Shown here one piece after another: positions 60,266 through 64,000 of a DNA stretch of 64,000 nt. Origin of the DNA: Ostreococcus lucimarinus (taxonomy: Eukaryota). The stretch is taken from assembly GCA_000092065.1 (NCBI GenBank), contig CP000590.1. The stretch is one strand, 5' to 3'. Both the position numbers and the translations under genes were made by a program. Below the pieces are notes generated by a model that had not been told where the DNA came from, searched no databases, and saw nothing but the letters and a program-made list of their open reading frames with translations. Numbering within the stretch: the stretch's first letter is position 1; every line of letters starts with the position of its first letter.

Positions 60266-63130
60266 ATGTCCGAGCCCACGTTCGGAGCGCTGCGTCGTGA
60301 CGTCCTCCTGACCTCGTTCAGCCGCCCCGCGGACGCACGCGCGCGCGACGGCGCCGCCGCCGCCGCCGCGGATGCGCCGTCAACCGCGCCGACATCCTGC
60401 GTCGCCCTCGCGCGTGCGCTGCGTCGAGGCGCCTACGACGACGTCCTGCGGTCGCCCACCGTCCTCGCCGCGCTCGGCGTCGACGCGAACGACGCGCGGG
60501 AAGACGCGCGCGCGCATTACGAAGCGCTGGGCGCCGCGGCGCGAGACGCGCGGGACGACGAAGGCGCGTTCGCCGTCGCGTGCGCGGGCGTCGCGGCGCT
60601 GTACGCGTTCGTGCGAGCGACAGTGACCGGACCGAGGATTGGAAATGCGCGAGCGACGCCTTTTCTGGACGCGACGGCGCGCGAGGCGAGGGACGAGGCG
60701 TGGGACGCGTACGCGCGAGAGCGGCTGTCGCTCGACGGGGAGGATTTAGTGGGGAGGTGCGATATGCCGCAGTATTTGTACCTGGCGCGCGTGCTTTTGC
60801 TCGATCGGTTCGCAACGTCGTTGGCGTGGCTGCAAACGTTAGACGTGCCGGCGTTGACCCTGAAGGACGCGCGCGCGGCGGTGCCCGTGGGCGCGGTGGC
60901 GAAGCGGACGTCGCACGACGCGATGTGCGCGTGGTTCGCGGCGCGCGTTGCCATCACGCAGCAGCGAGCGTTGGCGGGGCAGTCGCCGACGTTGCGTGGG
61001 GAATTATTGGGATTACATGCGTATAATTTAGCGACATTTGCGCCGGTGAGAGTGGAAGGGCAGACACCGCACCGCGAGGACGTCGTCTTCGAGGCGATGG
61101 CTCGCCTGGAGGCGTCGTTGATGGAACACCAATACGGACACGTCGACAGCGCTTATGTTTTGCAGCGCGGTGCGGCGGCGGCGTTCGGTTTGAAGCATGA
61201 GATCGGTGGTGTTTTAGGTTACCGAACGATTCATCAGCAAGATGCCAAGTCCCAGCTCGTGCTCAACGTTGAATTAGATTCGATGGATTGGGGCGAGAGC
61301 GACGACGAAGACGAGGACGAAGATGAGGGCGAGCTAGACGATTTAGAGCTCGAGGGACGTTCGCAGGCTATGGCACGCATCGCCACAGAATTGACGGGTT
61401 TAAGCGAAGACGGCAGTCAGATTCTTACGAGACCTCGTTTGATGGAAGGCATGCCACCGCCGGCGCAAATGCCCTCCGCGGCGCAAGCGATCCTCATCGC
61501 CGCGGCTATTACGGTTCGTAAAAAGCAAGCCGACGATGGGTTGAGAAGTTACGAAATGGCACCGTACACCGAATTTGTAGGTGCGCAGCAAAAGTCACAA
61601 CCAATTCTTCGTGCCGCGACGACGGTCTTGACGTCGAGATATGAACGCGATCGCGCGCGTACCCGCGAAAGATCGCTATTAGTGCTCGAAGACTTGGTAC
61701 AGACGCTCGAGCGTTCGCACCCGAAGGTGTCGTCTCGCATGCGCTTCGTATTTTCTACGTGGTTCCCTCCCGCGATGACGCTGAAGAAAGAACTCGGCGA
61801 GCAGCTCGTGAGCATCGGTATGGTTGGCGCAGCGCTCGAACTGTTTGAGGAGGTCGAGCTGTGGGATTCGCTCATCGTTTGCTTGAGTTTATTGGGCAAG
61901 AAACAACAAGCGGCCGACCTAGTGCGACGGCGCTTGCAGGCAGATGATACCAATCCTAAACTTTGGTGCGCGCTCGGTGACGCTCTCGATGACGAACAAT
62001 ACTACTGGAAAGCTTGGGAAGTGAGCGGCGAGCGCAACGCCAGGGCGAAGCGGTCTCTGGCGCGCCGCGCCGCGGCGAGAGAGGATTGGGCTAATGCCGC
62101 AGAGCACTGGATGGATGCGCTTAAAATTAACCCATTGTTTCCAGACGGATGGTTTTCCGGTGGATACGCGTGCTTGAAATGCGATCGAACCGACGACGCG
62201 CTCGCGGCTTTCGTGCGATGCACGCAAATAGACGTTGAAAACGGGCAGGCGTGGAACAACGTCGCGGCGCTAAGCATTCGTCTCGGACGGTTCACCGCGG
62301 CGCACACGGCTTTGTGCGAAGCGATCAAGCATCAACGCACAAGCTGGCACACCTGGGAAAATCACGCGATGGTATGCGCCAAGGTCGGGAAGTTCGCGAC
62401 GAGCGCTTTGGCGTTGCTCAAGGTGCTCGAACTCACGCAGGGCGCACGCGTGCACGTGGAGACCGTTCAGACTTTGCTTGAACGCGTGAGGGAAGCGCGA
62501 GCCGATCCGACGGGAGCGAAGTGGATTCAAGACGCCGCAAGCTGGGAACAAGAAGATGCCGCTGTCGAGGACGAAGAAGAGGAGTCGTGGGCAGATATGA
62601 AAATGGGCGACCTCGCAGCGGACATGCTTGCGGCGTTCTCTGGCATCGATTTGCCAACGATTTCTTACGCGGCGAAAACCGAATCTGCGCACCCTTCTGG
62701 CATGCCTCGCGTTGCCTTACAACTCGAAGCCGCGCTGGAGCAAGTTCTCGTTCGATCTGCAACCGGCGGTAGCGGTGGCGAGCGTAAAGTTCAAGAGACA
62801 TCGCAAATTTGGGCCATGCTCGGCGAGTACAAATCCATCCTTGGAGAGTACGAAGAAGCGACGGATGCCCGATTGAAGAGCGTTCGCGCGCTGGATTCTT
62901 CGGGATGGCGTAAAGACTTCGATTCGTACGAAGACTACGCCGCGGTGACAAAAGTCATGGTTGAAGGCGTTTTGAACGACATCGAAGCCGGTAGAGGCGG
63001 AAGCGCGGACAGTCTCAGGCTTCACGTCAAGAGTGTCGTCAAGGTTGGCGAAAAGCAAGGCTTCGAGGAATCAGACGCGTACGCGCAGATGTCTTCATTG
63101 CTCGAGAAAGTGAATGCATTATCTAGTTAG
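60266..63130 (+). CDS. TTC27: Tetratricopeptide repeat protein 27 (TTC27)-like
   Basis: C-terminal TPR array with the TTC27-typical blocks: LWCALGDALDDEQYYWKAWEVSGERNARAKRSLA, NPLFPDGWFSGGYACLKCDRTDDALAAFVRCTQIDVENGQAWNNVA and SWHTWENHAMVCAKVGKF. Confidence 0.55.
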   Translation: MSEPTFGALRRDVLLTSFSRPADARARDGAAAAAADAPSTAPTSCVALARALRRGAYDDVLRSPTVLAALGVDANDAREDARAHYEALGAAARDARDDEGAFAVACAGVAALYAFVRATVTGPRIGNARATPFLDATAREARDEAWDAYARERLSLDGEDLVGRCDMPQYLYLARVLLLDRFATSLAWLQTLDVPALTLKDARAAVPVGAVAKRTSHDAMCAWFAARVAITQQRALAGQSPTLRGELLGLHAYNLATFAPVRVEGQTPHREDVVFEAMARLEASLMEHQYGHVDSAYVLQRGAAAAFGLKHEIGGVLGYRTIHQQDAKSQLVLNVELDSMDWGESDDEDEDEDEGELDDLELEGRSQAMARIATELTGLSEDGSQILTRPRLMEGMPPPAQMPSAAQAILIAAAITVRKKQADDGLRSYEMAPYTEFVGAQQKSQPILRAATTVLTSRYERDRARTRERSLLVLEDLVQTLERSHPKVSSRMRFVFSTWFPPAMTLKKELGEQLVSIGMVGAALELFEEVELWDSLIVCLSLLGKKQQAADLVRRRLQADDTNPKLWCALGDALDDEQYYWKAWEVSGERNARAKRSLARRAAAREDWANAAEHWMDALKINPLFPDGWFSGGYACLKCDRTDDALAAFVRCTQIDVENGQAWNNVAALSIRLGRFTAAHTALCEAIKHQRTSWHTWENHAMVCAKVGKFATSALALLKVLELTQGARVHVETVQTLLERVREARADPTGAKWIQDAASWEQEDAAVEDEEEESWADMKMGDLAADMLAAFSGIDLPTISYAAKTESAHPSGMPRVALQLEAALEQVLVRSATGGSGGERKVQETSQIWAMLGEYKSILGEYEEATDARLKSVRALDSSGWRKDFDSYEDYAAVTKVMVEGVLNDIEAGRGGSADSLRLHVKSVVKVGEKQGFEESDAYAQMSSLLEKVNALSS

Positions 63131-63227
63131 CCCTTTGTAGTACAGTAGGATCGGGAAGCACTCTTACATTGTCTACTCTCGCGAAGTACCGTCGTGTGTT
63201 TCGCGTCTCAAAAAGCATTTCACGGCG

Positions 63228-64000
63228 TTACTCCATCCCTCCCAAGGAAAGATTGAGCAAATAATTTGCCGCGAGTTGTTCGTTCTTGTCGCACGCAAGG
63301 TACGCTTCGACGCAAATTTCTAATGGGAATCCTAATCCGGCGAGACGATCGATCGTTTCGCGCTCTTCTTGAGAGAGCTCGATCTGCGCGCCGTCGTCGT
63401 CGCCTTGCAGTTCCGGAGCAACACCGTCGCCAAAGCCCTCGGCCATGAGATCTCGGATATTTTCTGGCAGCGGCTCATTGAGCAGAGCCAAAAATTCCTC
63501 TTGATTGTTGTTGATCAAGTGGTAGAGTTGCGGATTTTGTCGCTGCAACTCGGCGAGCATCGGCTGAAGAATGTGTGGTTGACCTTGCACCATGGCTCGG
63601 ATCGCTTGAAACTGCGGGTTGTCTCGAAGGAAATCCAACATTTGGCCGTCGCCAGAGCGGTCGCCGGCCATGTCGGGGATTCCCTCCGGGAACAAATTCA
63701 ACGCGTTTCCGCCCAAAGCCGCGGACGCGTCTGGCGCATCGGCCGCGGGCGCCGCCGCGGCCGGCGGCGCCTGCGACGTCTCGGGAATCCCAGTCAGGAG
63801 GTACTCCACCGCTCTATCGGGGTTGTTAAACGCCGCTCGCATAGCATTCATGACTTGCTCTCGCTCGAATCCCATGGTCATGATTTGCGTCACGGCGGCT
63901 TCTAACTCGGCGCCCGAGACGAGCCCCGAATCGCCCCCCGCCGCCGCCGGCACCGCGGTCGCAGCCGCGGGCGTCGGCGCGCTCGACTCTGGCGTCGCCG
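63228..64000 (-). CDS. RAD23: UV excision repair protein RAD23 (UBA1, XPC-binding/STI1 domain, UBA2); 5' part with the UBL domain lies beyond the window
   Basis: UBA1: [43 protein letters not shown]-binding domain: [56 protein letters not shown]2: [36 protein letters not shown]. The frame stays open upstream through a P/A/T-rich linker to the window edge; the ORF-track 'M' at 63953 is a GTG. Confidence 0.8.
   Translation of the reverse strand, partial: ATPESSAPTPAAATAVPAAAGGDSGLVSGAELEAAVTQIMTMGFEREQVMNAMRAAFNNPDRAVEYLLTGIPETSQAPPAAAAPAADAPDASAALGGNALNLFPEGIPDMAGDRSGDGQMLDFLRDNPQFQAIRAMVQGQPHILQPMLAELQRQNPQLYHLINNNQEEFLALLNEPLPENIRDLMAEGFGDGVAPELQGDDDGAQIELSQEERETIDRLAGLGFPLEICVEAYLACDKNEQLAANYLLNLSLGGME

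Noticed and set aside
1-64000. Interpretation as a prokaryotic operon or defence island, prophage or mobile element
   Set aside because: The genes have spliceosomal introns, organelle presequences and exclusively eukaryotic families (NAA25, HRD1, RAD23, SNX-BAR, RPB7, NDUFA9, DUS3). I found no transposase, integrase, reverse transcriptase, restriction-modification or cas-like ORFs. I also spotted no tRNA-like GGTTCGAATCC boxes.

Overview
This 64-kb window is a very GC-rich (about 65 % overall, with gene-to-gene swings from roughly 50 % to 70 %) and extremely gene-dense stretch of a eukaryotic nuclear genome. It is not a prokaryotic locus or defence island. I can support about 35 protein-coding genes on both strands, separated by intergenic spacers of only 25-500 bp. 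Most are single-exon, but three need a short 5' exon that the ORF track misses. Many products are organelle-targeted. Several are green-lineage markers: a thylakoid kinase like STN7/STN8 (the plant state-transition kinases), a protein resembling the plastid import component Tic40, and a SnRK1 beta-gamma hybrid subunit. By inference only, this fits a compact picoplanktonic green alga of the Mamiellophyceae type. Beyond the gene list, the observations I would look at first are these. (1) A full-size ABCG transporter carries a signal peptide, a Cys-rich ectodomain and an extra N-terminal transmembrane helix, and its two halves share a near-identical tract of about 460 bp. (2) A C/D-box snoRNA candidate has 13-nt complementarity to the universally conserved 530 loop of 18S rRNA. 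(3) Three essential mitochondrial or nuclear genes have spliced 5' exons sharing a GTGCG donor, a CTGAC branch point and a CAG acceptor. (4) Divergent promoters contain structured inverted-repeat and minisatellite elements. (5) Several proteins have unusual architectures: a sorting nexin with PX and BAR domains carrying a proline-rich tail and a WH2 motif, an OSCA-like channel with a Cys-rich insert, and an RRM fused to a Methyltransf_32 domain. The ORF track writes non-ATG starts (GTG/TTG) as M. Because of the GC richness, many long antisense 'R-rich' ORFs appear, and I reject them as artefacts. I found no mobile elements, CRISPR arrays, tRNAs or rRNAs.
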